DNA of 64,000 bases, from the NCBI GenBank assembly GCA_964629655.1, contig CAZVQU010000002.1, positions 162,814 to 226,813 of the forward strand. The letters run 5' to 3'. The position numbers and the translations under genes are program-made. This DNA is from an uncultured Planctomycetia bacterium. GTDB taxonomy: Bacteria; Omnitrophota; Gorgyraeia; Duberdicusellales; 4484-171. Below the pieces are notes generated by a model. The model was not told the origin of the DNA. It made no database searches and worked only from the letters and a program-made list of their open reading frames with translations. Below are positions 7,329-18,100 of this stretch, piece by piece. The stretch's first letter is position 1. Each line of letters begins with the position of its first letter.

Positions 7329-10061
7329 TTATGCCTTGCCGGATAAACCAAGATTATCCAATAACCCTTGGCTGCTATTAGCCTGGTCAGGATATGTGGT
7401 TAAACCAGCTTCTAATTTGATGCTTCCGGATAAATTCTTACCCCGTAAATAATCTTTTACTATTTCGATTAACCTGTTTTCAATCCTTTGAGCATTGTCG
7501 TTATCACAAGCAGTCAGCAAAACAGCAACTCCCTGAGAAATTTTAAACGCTTTATCATTTTCTCGACGAAAAGTACTCTTTAAAGCCTTCTCAAGATCAC
7601 TGAGTGCTGTCTGCAGCTGATTATCGGTAAGTTTTTTCTTTATTTTATCAGGAAAAGTTAGGCAAATCTTGATAAGGGAAACCTTTGATTTTTCCATCAC
7701 CGCTTCGTTCACCGCTCTGTCAAGATGCTTCTTAAGAAACAGTCCGGAAACATACTTGGGCAGGGTGAAGATGAATTTTGATCCCTTACCAAGCTTACTT
7801 TTAACCTTTATGGTGCCGCCATGCTCTTCAACTAAGTTTTTGGTAATTGCTAAACCTAGCCCGGTACCTTTTGCGCCCGGCCCGGCTACCCGCCCGAACT
7901 GCTGAAACTTAGTAAATACTTTAGGTAAATCATTCTTGGATATCCCCTGACCGGTATCAGAAATTGAGATTTCTACATCGTTTTTGCTATCTATTAACTC
8001 AATTTTTATTCTGCCTTTCTCAGAAGTATATTTTATGGCATTAGAAACAAGATTATCCAAAACCTGAGTTATCTTGTCAGGATCAACAGAAATGTTTACC
8101 GGGATATCCGGTACAGAACAGTCTAAGTCCTGTTCTTTCTTTTTGCTCTCTATCTTCCACTCCTCACATATAGTTCTTACCATCTGGCGAATATCTACCA
8201 GAGATTTCTCCAGCTTTAACTTCCCGGCTTCAATCTTAGAAATATCCAAAAGATTATTTATAATCCTTGCCAAACGATCAATGTTTTCGCTGCCCATTTT
8301 AAGGATATTTTTCTGTTTCTGGTTCACTTTGCCCGGTATCTCGTCTGCAATCAAAGACACCCCTTCCTTGATTATAGACAATGGGGTACGTAACTCATGG
8401 GAAACGGTACTAATAAACTCATCTTTAAGCTTCTCAACTTTTTTACGTTCAGTAATATCCTTAGCTATATGCACTGCGCCGACAATCTTTCCTTCTTCAT
8501 CAAAAATTGGTGACACAGTAATTAAAAGAGGTATTCCGATGTGTGGGTCGTCAACTTCTTCACTGTGAGCCTTTCCGGTTTTCTCCATAGCTTGGAAAGG
8601 ACATCCCGGCCAAGAAAAATTTTGTCCATGAACTACTTCATGACATTTTTTGCCTATAATCTCCTCCGGCTTAGCCTTCATTGCTGCAGCAAAAGCTTTG
8701 TTAACCTTAACAATAGTAGAGTCTCTATCTTGGATAAAGATTAAGTCGGTTATGGAATTAAATGTTCTTTGCCATTCTTCGGCAGCTTTCTTTATTGAAC
8801 TGTCAGCTTTTTTACGTTCGGTAATATCCCGAACCGTTGCCTGGACAAACTCTTTATCTCCAATCTGCATTTTAGTTAACAAAACTGTAGCTGGAAATTC
8901 ATCTCCACTTAATCGCTTATGTTGCCATTCAAAGAAGTTTGAACCGGTTTTTAACGCCTCTCCTATCCTCACCTTAGCTTTTACCTCTGATTTTTGTCCG
9001 TCGGGCTGATACTCTGGAGATAATTTCCCCGGCCCTTTTGATATAAACTCGGCTTCATCTTTAGCACCGAACACCCTAATTGTGGCCGGGTTTCCAGAAA
9101 TAAACTTCCAATCTGGAGGAGCTAAGACCATAATCGCATCCATGGAAGACTCATAAAGTGTTCTGAATTTTTCCTCGCTTTCGGTTAAAGCTACTTCGAC
9201 CTGCTTACGTTCAGCAATTTCTCTGTTCAAAGCAACTATAGAGATAGTGCTATTTTTTAAATTTTCTGTCATCTTATCAAAAGCCCTTGAAAGTTGACCG
9301 ATTTCATCTTTTGAGCCAGTGCCTACTTTATAATCTAAATTGCCCCCTCCGATTATCTCCATCCCCTTACGTAAAGCCTTCATCGGATTAGCAATTGTTC
9401 TAGAAACAAACATACTTACGCCCAACACTGACATCAAAAATAAAAGAACGGTATAGAAAACCCTGTATTTGCTGTGATGGACTGAATTCTGCACATTTGT
9501 TACTGCCTCATTTAATGTCAGATCAGAAGCTATGATTGCTTTATTGCGCTTTAGACTCATTGTGTCAACATAAGCCTTAAGGCCACCTGCATAAATATCC
9601 TTGTTCTCCCAGTAAGCATCACTCTCCAAAATCTTAGCTGCTTCTTCTCCTTCTCCGGCATCAACGAGCTTAATCGACATATGTTCCATTTCCACCAGAG
9701 CTATGTTTGCTTTGTCGACGCTTGCAAAAAATTTTTTGCCGGACTGATCTATTCTTGCAATAGCTTGTTTTATTGTCTTGTCTAACTTGGGCTCAATATC
9801 GTAATAGCGTTGTTTCCATTTTTCATCTCCGGTAAATGCATAATTTCGCGCAGATTGAGTTAAAACTTCGTCATGATATCGGATTGATTTAGCCAATCCA
9901 TCCATAAACGTTGTCTCGGCTATTGCATAAATATCTTCTGGTATATCTCTATTTAACGGTTTAGCAATCTCATTTAGTTGACTTATGGTTACATAACCCA
10001 TAACCGCAACTAAAAAAGTAACCAACGAAAATCCTAGCAATAATTTCTGTCCTATTCTCAC
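7329..10061 (-). CDS. Membrane sensor histidine kinase (TM-sensor-TM-HAMP-PAS-PAS-HisKA-HATPase) with a C-terminal degenerate GGDEF-like domain
   Basis: HAMP DEIGQLSRAFDKM; two PAS ends RDITERK and KDITERK; H-box SHELRTPL; N-box NLVSNAIKY; G-boxes DTGQGI and GTGLGL; ~140-aa tail ending GLTTYPDQA. Confidence 0.9.
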   Translation of the reverse strand: MRIGQKLLLGFSLVTFLVAVMGYVTISQLNEIAKPLNRDIPEDIYAIAETTFMDGLAKSIRYHDEVLTQSARNYAFTGDEKWKQRYYDIEPKLDKTIKQAIARIDQSGKKFFASVDKANIALVEMEHMSIKLVDAGEGEEAAKILESDAYWENKDIYAGGLKAYVDTMSLKRNKAIIASDLTLNEAVTNVQNSVHHSKYRVFYTVLLFLMSVLGVSMFVSRTIANPMKALRKGMEIIGGGNLDYKVGTGSKDEIGQLSRAFDKMTENLKNSTISIVALNREIAERKQVEVALTESEEKFRTLYESSMDAIMVLAPPDWKFISGNPATIRVFGAKDEAEFISKGPGKLSPEYQPDGQKSEVKAKVRIGEALKTGSNFFEWQHKRLSGDEFPATVLLTKMQIGDKEFVQATVRDITERKKADSSIKKAAEEWQRTFNSITDLIFIQDRDSTIVKVNKAFAAAMKAKPEEIIGKKCHEVVHGQNFSWPGCPFQAMEKTGKAHSEEVDDPHIGIPLLITVSPIFDEEGKIVGAVHIAKDITERKKVEKLKDEFISTVSHELRTPLSIIKEGVSLIADEIPGKVNQKQKNILKMGSENIDRLARIINNLLDISKIEAGKLKLEKSLVDIRQMVRTICEEWKIESKKKEQDLDCSVPDIPVNISVDPDKITQVLDNLVSNAIKYTSEKGRIKIELIDSKNDVEISISDTGQGISKNDLPKVFTKFQQFGRVAGPGAKGTGLGLAITKNLVEEHGGTIKVKSKLGKGSKFIFTLPKYVSGLFLKKHLDRAVNEAVMEKSKVSLIKICLTFPDKIKKKLTDNQLQTALSDLEKALKSTFRRENDKAFKISQGVAVLLTACDNDNAQRIENRLIEIVKDYLRGKNLSGSIKLEAGLTTYPDQANSSQGLLDNLGLSGKA

Positions 10062-10079
10062 AATATATACTTTAGTTTT

Positions 10080-10236
10080 TTAAATAAGCTTTTTAACTTC
10101 TCCAATTAAGTCTGACAAATCACTGGTCTCGGGGCAATAATCATCAACCCCCCAATTTTCTAGCCTTTGCTGCATCTATGGCTCCACCGGAAGAAGAAAA
10201 ACCCTTAGTAACCTATTGTATATAGGCAATTTAGGC
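10080..10236 (-). pseudogene. Degraded C-terminal half of a receiver domain
   Basis: Switching frames gives PKLPI / VTKGFSSSGGAIDAAKARKLG / VDDYCPETSDLSDLIGEVKKLI*, resembling REC beta4-alpha5. One shift lies in a G6 run. Confidence 0.45.
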
Positions 10237-10239
10237 TAG

Positions 10240-11475
10240 TCAAGGCTTTTTGCCTTTCCGTTTAGAAGCTAACTTGCCTCCGGCCCGAAAGATTGCCTCC
10301 CGGCCGAATTTATCCTTTATCTTATCAATAGCCTTATGCATTCTCTCCTGCTTTTCTTCCTTGCCTTGGTCAAAAAGGGTAACCTGAACTTCACCCTGAG
10401 TGAAATTTGAGACCTTGACTCCCACTAAACGCACCCTCTTACCCTTACGGTTAAACTTATCTAAAAGCTCTTTTATAGTCTTATAGATCGTATCAATAAA
10501 ATTAGTCGGCTTATCCAGGGTCTTAGCCCGGGTAAAGGTCAAAAAACCCTCCAACCTTATCTTTAAGGTAATAGTTTTTCCCTTAAAGCCCTGTTGGCGC
10601 AGGCGACCGGACACCTTCTCGCAAAGGTTAATCAAAGCTGCATAAATTATCTTTCTATCCCCTGTGTCCTCAGCAAAGGTATATTCATTACCTACTGACT
10701 TTGTCTCATCTTCTACTTCTACCTCTCGCTCATCTATACCATTAGCCAAGGTCCAGAAGTATTCACCATTTTTACCTAATATCTGCCCTACTTCTTGCAA
10801 ATCCTTCTTGGCTAAATCACCTATGGTCTTAATTCCTAAATCATTAAAGATAACTTTACTCTTCTTGCCCAATCCGGGAATCTTATCAATATCTAAAGGC
10901 CAGAGAAAATCAAGAACTTTATCTTGACCAACCTCAACTAAACCATCAGGCTTATCAATATCTGAGGCTATTTTTGCAGCCATCTTAGTAGGAGCTAAAC
11001 CAACTGAAGCAGTTAGCTTAGTCTTCTCGTTTATTCTAGACTTTAATAACCTACAGGTCTCTCGGGGACCTCCAAAGAGATGATGACTTCCGGTTATATC
11101 TAAAAAAGCTTCATCAACGCTTATCATCTCAACCTTAGGAGTAAACTCATGGAAAATCTCGTAAATCTCATCAGATACCTGGCTATACTTCGCAGAATCC
11201 ACTGACAGGAATATACCCTTAGGGCACTTCTTATAAGCCGTAGATATTGGTTGACCGGAGTGTATGCCAAACTTTCTGGCTTGATAAGAACAGGTTGAGA
11301 CAACCCCCCTACCCTTGCCCCCCTTAGGATCAGCTCCGACTATTACTGGCTTGCCAATAAGAGCAGGATTATCCCTCTGCTCTATGGCTGCGAAAAAAGC
11401 ATCCATATCTACATGTAAAATATAGCGTATTTTAAGAATAGGGTTTATTGGGCTAATTTTAGCCTTTTTTGCCAT
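10240..11475 (-). CDS. dinB: DNA polymerase IV (Y family)
   Basis: HVDMDAFFAAIEQRD, SYQARKFG, SVDEAFLD, AKIASDIDKPDG, RLVGV. Confidence 0.95.
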   Translation of the reverse strand: MAKKAKISPINPILKIRYILHVDMDAFFAAIEQRDNPALIGKPVIVGADPKGGKGRGVVSTCSYQARKFGIHSGQPISTAYKKCPKGIFLSVDSAKYSQVSDEIYEIFHEFTPKVEMISVDEAFLDITGSHHLFGGPRETCRLLKSRINEKTKLTASVGLAPTKMAAKIASDIDKPDGLVEVGQDKVLDFLWPLDIDKIPGLGKKSKVIFNDLGIKTIGDLAKKDLQEVGQILGKNGEYFWTLANGIDEREVEVEDETKSVGNEYTFAEDTGDRKIIYAALINLCEKVSGRLRQQGFKGKTITLKIRLEGFLTFTRAKTLDKPTNFIDTIYKTIKELLDKFNRKGKRVRLVGVKVSNFTQGEVQVTLFDQGKEEKQERMHKAIDKIKDKFGREAIFRAGGKLASKRKGKKP

Positions 11476-11605
11476 TCTAGATTATATAGATAATTTAGTA
11501 TATATACTATGTACCCCCCTTAAAAACCTCATTTTTATCCCAAATAAGGGTATTCTAAGAGGTATTTTTTCTCCTCTTGGAGATTGTCCCTAAGGGGATG
11601 TTTCA

Positions 11606-12835
11606 CTACCACCTTAAAGCCTTGATCCGCTCTAAAACCGGGGGGTGGCTATAAGACATAAAGACCTTTAAAGGGTGGGGTGTTAAATTAGAAAGGTTAT
11701 CTACGCTTAACTTCTTTAAAGCCAGAATAAAAGCCTCGGGCTTTTTGTAGGTAGAGGCTACATATTTATCCGCCTCATACTCATGTTTTCGCGAAAGAAC
11801 ACTCCTAGCTAAAGAAAGAATTATATTAATCGGTGTATAGAGAAAACTAAAAAATAAAAGGCTAGCGTAAATTGAAAGATTATCCATTCGAAAAGCAGCA
11901 AACATCCCGGGATTATTAATAAAAAGAGAAAGAATAAAAAACATCAAACCATTGGTAAGGATCGAGATAACCATCATCTTTAAAATATGTTTCTTCTTAT
12001 AGTGGCCCATCTCATGAGCCAATACTGAGACTAACTCATCAACGCTATGGTTCTTAATTAAGGTGTCAAACAAAACAATCCGCCGATACTTACCAAAACC
12101 AGTAAAAAAAGCATTAGACTTAGAAGAACGCCGTGAACCATCCATCTTAAATAAACCCCTTAACTTAAAATTTTGGCTTTGAGCATAAGTTTGGATGGCT
12201 TGCTTTAATTCTCCTTCCTCCAGAGGAGTGAACTTATTGAACAAAGGCATTATTACTATCGGAGCAATAAAGATTATAAAAAACTCAAATATAGTTACTC
12301 CTAGCCAACAGAAGAGCCAAGCTAGACTATCGCTCTTGATGAAAAACCAAAGAATCAAAGAAAGAAGCAGGCCACCAATAATAATTGATAGCAGCCAACC
12401 CTTTAGAATATCCAAAATGAAGGTCTTAGGCTTAGCACGGTTAAAACCGTATTTCTCCTCAATGACAAAAGTATGATATGCCGAGAAAGGTATTCCGATA
12501 ATCTGAAAGAAAAAGAATAGAATCCCGATAAAGATAAGGCCGGTAGGAATAATGCTAAAGTTAAAACTTCTAGCTACACTGTCAATAAAGTTGAATCCGC
12601 CGCTTAAAATAAGACACAGGACTACTACGGTTGTAGCTGCACCTTGAATTAGCTTAAAATAAGTATTATCCTTTAAATACTCCTGAGACTCCTTATATTT
12701 AGCTGCAATATAAAAGCCCTCAAACTCTCCTGGTAATTCCTTTTTTGCAGACCTTACGTTAAGAATCTCAATAATGAGATCTAAGATATAATTACCGATG
12801 ATGATAGCTAAAATAACTATTAGATAAATATTCAT
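11606..12835 (-). CDS. M48 family (Ste24-like) membrane zinc metallopeptidase
   Basis: IEEKYGFN, NAFFTG, HEMGH (HExxH), EYEAD, SHPP.LERI. Confidence 0.92.
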   Translation of the reverse strand: MNIYLIVILAIIIGNYILDLIIEILNVRSAKKELPGEFEGFYIAAKYKESQEYLKDNTYFKLIQGAATTVVVLCLILSGGFNFIDSVARSFNFSIIPTGLIFIGILFFFFQIIGIPFSAYHTFVIEEKYGFNRAKPKTFILDILKGWLLSIIIGGLLLSLILWFFIKSDSLAWLFCWLGVTIFEFFIIFIAPIVIMPLFNKFTPLEEGELKQAIQTYAQSQNFKLRGLFKMDGSRRSSKSNAFFTGFGKYRRIVLFDTLIKNHSVDELVSVLAHEMGHYKKKHILKMMVISILTNGLMFFILSLFINNPGMFAAFRMDNLSIYASLLFFSFLYTPINIILSLARSVLSRKHEYEADKYVASTYKKPEAFILALKKLSVDNLSNLTPHPLKVFMSYSHPPVLERIKALRW

Positions 12836-12870
12836 CTTTTTCTCTTAAAGGAGGGACGAGCTCTCAGAGC

Positions 12871-13932
12871 CTACTTATTTAAATGTATAGTCTGAGTGGG
12901 AAAAGCAAACTCAATTTTTTTCTTCTCAAACTCTTCTTTGATAAGGAAGTTTATCTCCTGCTGAATATTCATATACTTATTATAGTCACTGCTTAAGACA
13001 TAATAGACAACTTCAAAAACAAGGTTAAAATCACCATAAGAGGAGAAATGAGCCCGGTCAAATACTGTATCCTTAATGCTCTTAATAGCTTTCTCAATTA
13101 TCTGGGGTATTTCTTTTAAGGTTTTAAGGCGTGTGTCATAGACCACACCTAATTTGAAAACTACTCTCCGCTTCTGCATCCGCTTATAATTACGTACCCG
13201 GGAATTAGTAAGGTCGGAGTTAGAAAAAACTAATTGCTCACCGCCTAAGCTACGGATACGGGTAGTCTTAATTCCGATATGCTCTATTGTCCCCAAAAGG
13301 TCTCCGACAATAATAAAGTCGCCAACCTCAAAGGGCCGATCAAAGAGTATAGAAAAATAACTGAATAAATCCTTTAGTACTGCTTGAGCTGCCAGAGCAA
13401 TAGCAACACCGCCAATACCTAAGCCGGCAATTACCGCTGATATTTTAAATCCCAGATTATCCAAAAAGAATATAGCTGCTCCTGACCAAAGAATAAACCT
13501 GATCACTTTAAGTATGCCTTTAAGGCTATGATCAGTAGCTGAACTCTGCCTGGTCTTTCGGGAGTAAGTTTGAAAACCATAGGTGATTAACAGTGAGGCT
13601 ATGCGGACAGTAAAAATAGTTACTACCGCCATACCGACAATATTAATACCTTTAACAATTAAGTCCCCTAGGGTTAGAATCTGAACGCTTAAGTAGAGTG
13701 CACCAAGATAAAGAAAAGGAACAACCACTCTTTTAAAAACACCGACTATAAAGTCATCTAGGGTAGTGGCGGTCTTCTTGGCCCAGTTCTCTAATCTCTT
13801 TAAAATGATCGCTTCAAAAATTTTAATTATAATAACACTAAGTAAGAATACACCTACGCAGATTAAATAATCCAAAACCCGGTTGCTTAGAAAGCTTAGC
13901 TCTAAAATCTCTTTAAACATATTCTCCTCCAT
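12871..13932 (-). CDS. MscS family small-conductance mechanosensitive channel
   Basis: AGLGIGGVAIALAAQ, DRPFEVGDFI, IGIKTTRIR, IEFAFPT. Confidence 0.92.
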   Translation of the reverse strand: MEENMFKEILELSFLSNRVLDYLICVGVFLLSVIIIKIFEAIILKRLENWAKKTATTLDDFIVGVFKRVVVPFLYLGALYLSVQILTLGDLIVKGINIVGMAVVTIFTVRIASLLITYGFQTYSRKTRQSSATDHSLKGILKVIRFILWSGAAIFFLDNLGFKISAVIAGLGIGGVAIALAAQAVLKDLFSYFSILFDRPFEVGDFIIVGDLLGTIEHIGIKTTRIRSLGGEQLVFSNSDLTNSRVRNYKRMQKRRVVFKLGVVYDTRLKTLKEIPQIIEKAIKSIKDTVFDRAHFSSYGDFNLVFEVVYYVLSSDYNKYMNIQQEINFLIKEEFEKKKIEFAFPTQTIHLNK

Positions 13933-13934
13933 CT

Positions 13935-15128
13935 TTAATTCTTAAGGGCTGAGTTAGAAGACTTGACTCTCTGGACACTTAAAGCCTCTTGTATCTGCTG
14001 ATCACCGACAAAACCCAGTTCTTTAAGGACCTCACCTAATACTATTCCCCTCTTCCAATGCAGATTTAAAGCCTCATCTAATTGTTCATAAGAGATTGCC
14101 TGGTTCTGAAGCAATATCTGACCCAAGGGTTGGTAGGGATAGGCTGGGGTCTTCTTATTAACTTGGGGTACCTTGTTAGCAAAAGAAACCGAATCCCTTC
14201 GCTCAGCCATAAATATACTCTCGGGAATTGTTTTTAAAAATCTCTTTATCTCGGCAATCCGTTCATTGACCTCGATAATACTCTTGACCTTAGAAGAATC
14301 ATCTTTGTTGAACACAGCAATAGACACACTCATCAACGGTGACTTCTTTATCTTCCGGGCCCGATCCCTAGCCATAACAAAGCCCTTGGTACGGTCACTA
14401 GCTGAATAGTGGAAAGGGGTAATGTTGTCAAAGAAATTAATAAAATTCTTACAGACCCTCTCATATTTATCAGGAGTAGTAATAAAAGCAAAGTCATCAC
14501 CGCCGATATGACTGATAAAATCGTCACCATTACCGAAATCTTTCAAGGTTGTAAATAATAAATAAGCGGTCTGCAAAATTACTCTATCCCCCTTGCGATA
14601 TCCATAAACGTCATTAAAAGACTTAAAATTATCGATATCTACGTAAGCAAAAGAAAAAGGCATACCAGAGCTTAACCTCTCCTTAAGCGTATCTTCAAGA
14701 ATCTTTCCTCCAGGAAGGCCGGTTAAAGGGCTAGCATAAATACTATGTTTTGCCCTTCTTACTGACATCTCAATTCTTATCCGTAAATCCAGAGGATCTG
14801 GCGGTTTAATAAGATAGTCATCTACCCCCTGTTTAAGATTTAGAAGTTGAGCTCGCAAGTGACGCTTATTAATTAAGGTTATTACCGGAATGAAAGCAGT
14901 GGTGAAGTCTTTTTTTAGATTTCGACAGATATCAAGCTGTTGTTTGCTGGCTGTTTGAACATCAACCACGATAACATCAGGAGAGACTTTCTTGATTTCT
15001 TCAATGTCAGAGTCTGGTGAAGAATCTTTCAAGAAAACTTCATACCCCCAGCCATCAAAGCAAAAACTAAGTACATCCTTAAGCTTGCTATCTGAAGACA
15101 CGATCAAGATCTTCTTAATTTTATCCAT
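13935..15128 (-). CDS. Atypical REC - GGDEF (GGDDF) diguanylate cyclase with a C-terminal MshEN-like domain
   Basis: REC lacking the acidic pair (ILIVSSD); SPLTGLPG, DIDNFKSFNDVYGY..GD, HIGGDDF; tail PLGQILLQNQAISYEQLDEALNLH-x5-LGEVLKELGFVGDQQIQEALSVQ. Confidence 0.85.
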   Translation of the reverse strand: MDKIKKILIVSSDSKLKDVLSFCFDGWGYEVFLKDSSPDSDIEEIKKVSPDVIVVDVQTASKQQLDICRNLKKDFTTAFIPVITLINKRHLRAQLLNLKQGVDDYLIKPPDPLDLRIRIEMSVRRAKHSIYASPLTGLPGGKILEDTLKERLSSGMPFSFAYVDIDNFKSFNDVYGYRKGDRVILQTAYLLFTTLKDFGNGDDFISHIGGDDFAFITTPDKYERVCKNFINFFDNITPFHYSASDRTKGFVMARDRARKIKKSPLMSVSIAVFNKDDSSKVKSIIEVNERIAEIKRFLKTIPESIFMAERRDSVSFANKVPQVNKKTPAYPYQPLGQILLQNQAISYEQLDEALNLHWKRGIVLGEVLKELGFVGDQQIQEALSVQRVKSSNSALKN

Positions 15129-15178
15129 ATAATAGAATTATATCACAGGACTAAGAAAATCATATAGGAATTCGACTC

Positions 15179-18100
15179 CTAATCCTTCTTTTTGGCTTGT
15201 TCTTTTTCCTCGATTATTCTCTTAGCTATTTCTTTAGGAACTTGGGTGTATTTTTTAAAGTGCATAGAGCAATTAGCCCTTCCGCTGCTTAAAGAACGCA
15301 TATTAGTAGCATAACCGAACATCTCCGATAGTGGGGCCTCAGCCATGATTGTCTTTTGAGTCCCTTTAGTCTCCATGCCTAAAATCTTTCCTCGCTTAGA
15401 ACAGACATAACCGACAAGGTTGCTGGTATACTCATCAGGAGCATTTATCTCTAGCTCCATACAGGGCTCAAGCAATACTGGGTCACACTTCATAAAAGCG
15501 CTCTTAAAACAACTCCTGGCGGTTAGCTTAAAAGCTAACTCTGAAGAATCAACATCATGATAAGAACCATCAACTAATTTTACCTTTACGTCTACTACCG
15601 GATAGCCGGCACAAGGGCCCTGCTTCATGGCTTCAATAATTCCTTTTTCAACAGCCGGAATATAATTTCTTGGTATAACCCCACCGGTAATGGCATCTTC
15701 GAACTCAAAGCCTTCTCCGGGGGCATTCGGTGAGAGCTCAATCACCACATGGCCATATTGGCCCCGGCCTCCGGTCTGTTTTATATGTTTATACTCTTCA
15801 GTTATACTATTGAGTATTGCTTCTTTATAAGCTACCTTAGGCTGCCCAACAGTAGCGCTAACTTTGAATTCTTCTTTTAATCTATCTACAATTATCTCTA
15901 AATGCAATTCGCCCATCCCTGAGAGAATGGTCTCTGAAGTCTCCTCATCTATATGAGCCTTAAAGGTAGGGTCTTCCTCGGATAGCTTAGCTAAGCCTTT
16001 ACTTAATTTATCCTGTTCACTTCTGCTATCAGGTCTAATGCTGATTGAAATTACCGGTTCGGAGAATTCAATTGACTCTAAGATAATCGGGCTCTCCGGA
16101 TTGGTAAGGGTATCTCCGGTTAAAGTGCTACTTAAACCAACTACTGCTGCGATATCTCCGGTAAAAACAGCATCTAAGTTCTCACGTTGATTAGCATGCA
16201 TCTGGACAATTCTTCCAACCCTTTCCTTCTTCTCCTTAGTAGCATTGTATATATAAGTTCCGGCTTTTAGATATCCGGAGTAGACCCGGATATAGACTAA
16301 TTTACCAATATGTTGATCAGCCTGAATCTTAAAAGCTAAGGCTGAGAAAGGTTCCTGGTCTGATGGCTTACGCTGGAGCTTATTCTCTGAATCAGAAGCA
16401 TCATGTCCTTGTATTGGTGGAATATCTAAGGGTGAAGGAAGATACAGAGTTACCGCGTCAAGAAGACTCTGTACTCCTTTATTTTTAAAAGCTGAACCGC
16501 AAAGCACCGGAACAATCTTGCGGGCTATCGCCCCTTTGCGAATAGCTTTTTTTAATTCCTCTTCGGTAATTGACTTCTCATCTTTTAAGTACTTTTCAGT
16601 AAGAAGACTATCCTCAGCTGCCGCTTTCTCTAGAAGGGTATGCCGATACTTATCACAGGTATCTTTATATTCTTGAGGAATCTCTTCAACTTTGAAATCA
16701 TTTCCTAAAGTATCATCTTCGTAGACATAGGCTTTCATAGTAATAAGATCAATTACTCCTTTAAAATTCTCTTCAGCCCCAATCGGAATCTGTAAAGCTA
16801 AAGCATTAGCACCTAACTCTTTCTCAATACTCCCTAAAACCGCAAAAAAATCTGCACCCATGCGGTCCATCTTATTAACAAAAACAATTTTAGGTACCTC
16901 ATATTTATCAGATTGACGCCAGACCGTCTCTGATTGGGGCTCAACCCCTCCAACAGCACAGAAAACTGCTACTGCTCCATCTAAGACCCGTAAACTCCTC
17001 TCAACTTCAGCAGTAAAATCTACATGCCCGGGAGTGTCAATAATGCTAACCCGATAATCTCCCCAAATACAAGTAGTGGCAGCTGAAGTAATAGTAATCC
17101 CTCTCTCCTGTTCCTGTTTCATCCAGTCCATCTGGGCAGCACCATCATGAACCTCTCCGATCTTATGAGAACGGCCGGTATAAAAGAGAATCCTTTCGGT
17201 TAAGGTGGTCTTACCGGCATCAATATGGGCCATAATCCCGATATTTCGTAATTTAGCTAGGTCATTCTTTCTAACTAAAGGGGGCTCTTCTTTCCCTGCC
17301 TTTGGCGGGACTTCTCCTTCACTACGCTCAGGACTTTGCTCTGGTCGCTTTTTGGGCTTTTCCTTAACTTTCTCTTTAGACTCTTCTGCCTTAACCTCTT
17401 CTTTAGGTTTTTCTTCTTTCTTCTCTTCAACTACCTCTTGAGGCTTGGTAACCTCAGCTGCCAGTACTTCTTCTTTAACCTCGGAAGGAAGCACTTCTGC
17501 GGTCTTCTTCTCTTCCTCTTCTTTTGCCTTCTCTTGCTTAATGGAAACTTCAACTATTGGCTCTATGCCTTGTTCTTTAAGCTGATGAGCCAAACGCATC
17601 CGCTCTTTGTCTTTGGCCTCTATCTCTTTACTCCTCAGCTCTACTTCTTTCTTACTAATTTCTAAATGCTGCTTTAACTCCTCTTTTTCTTCAACTAAAC
17701 TATTGTACTCCTCTTTAGAAACCCAGCCGCTCTCCTTTTCTCTCTTCCTTAACTTTGCTACTTCTTCCTTCTGAGCCCGTAAATCACCTACTACCTTAAC
17801 CATCCTCTCGTCAGCAGATTTGATCTTTTTCTCTAAAGCTCCTCTTTCATCCTTTAAGCTCTTGATATTTCCCTCTAAAAGCTTTACTTCTCTGTGGGCA
17901 TCCGAGACATCCCTTTTTAGATTCACATTCTTAGTAAATTCCTGCTCTAATTGTTTTTCCTTATCGAGAAGACTCTTCCTAAGCTCTCGCTCCGGTCCTT
18001 TTTCTTTCTTTAAGAGCTTCTGCTGATAAGTGAGCCACTTTTTACTTTGCTTATCTTTCTCTCTTAGCTCAGCTTCTTTCTTCTTTAAGTTTTCTAGCTC

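Noticed and set aside
13935-15128. Hypr-type GGDEF making 3',3'-cGAMP
   Set aside because: It has GGDDF and a REC domain like Hypr enzymes, but the guanine-specifying Asp (YGYRKGD, equivalent to PleD D344) is retained rather than Ser/Thr.
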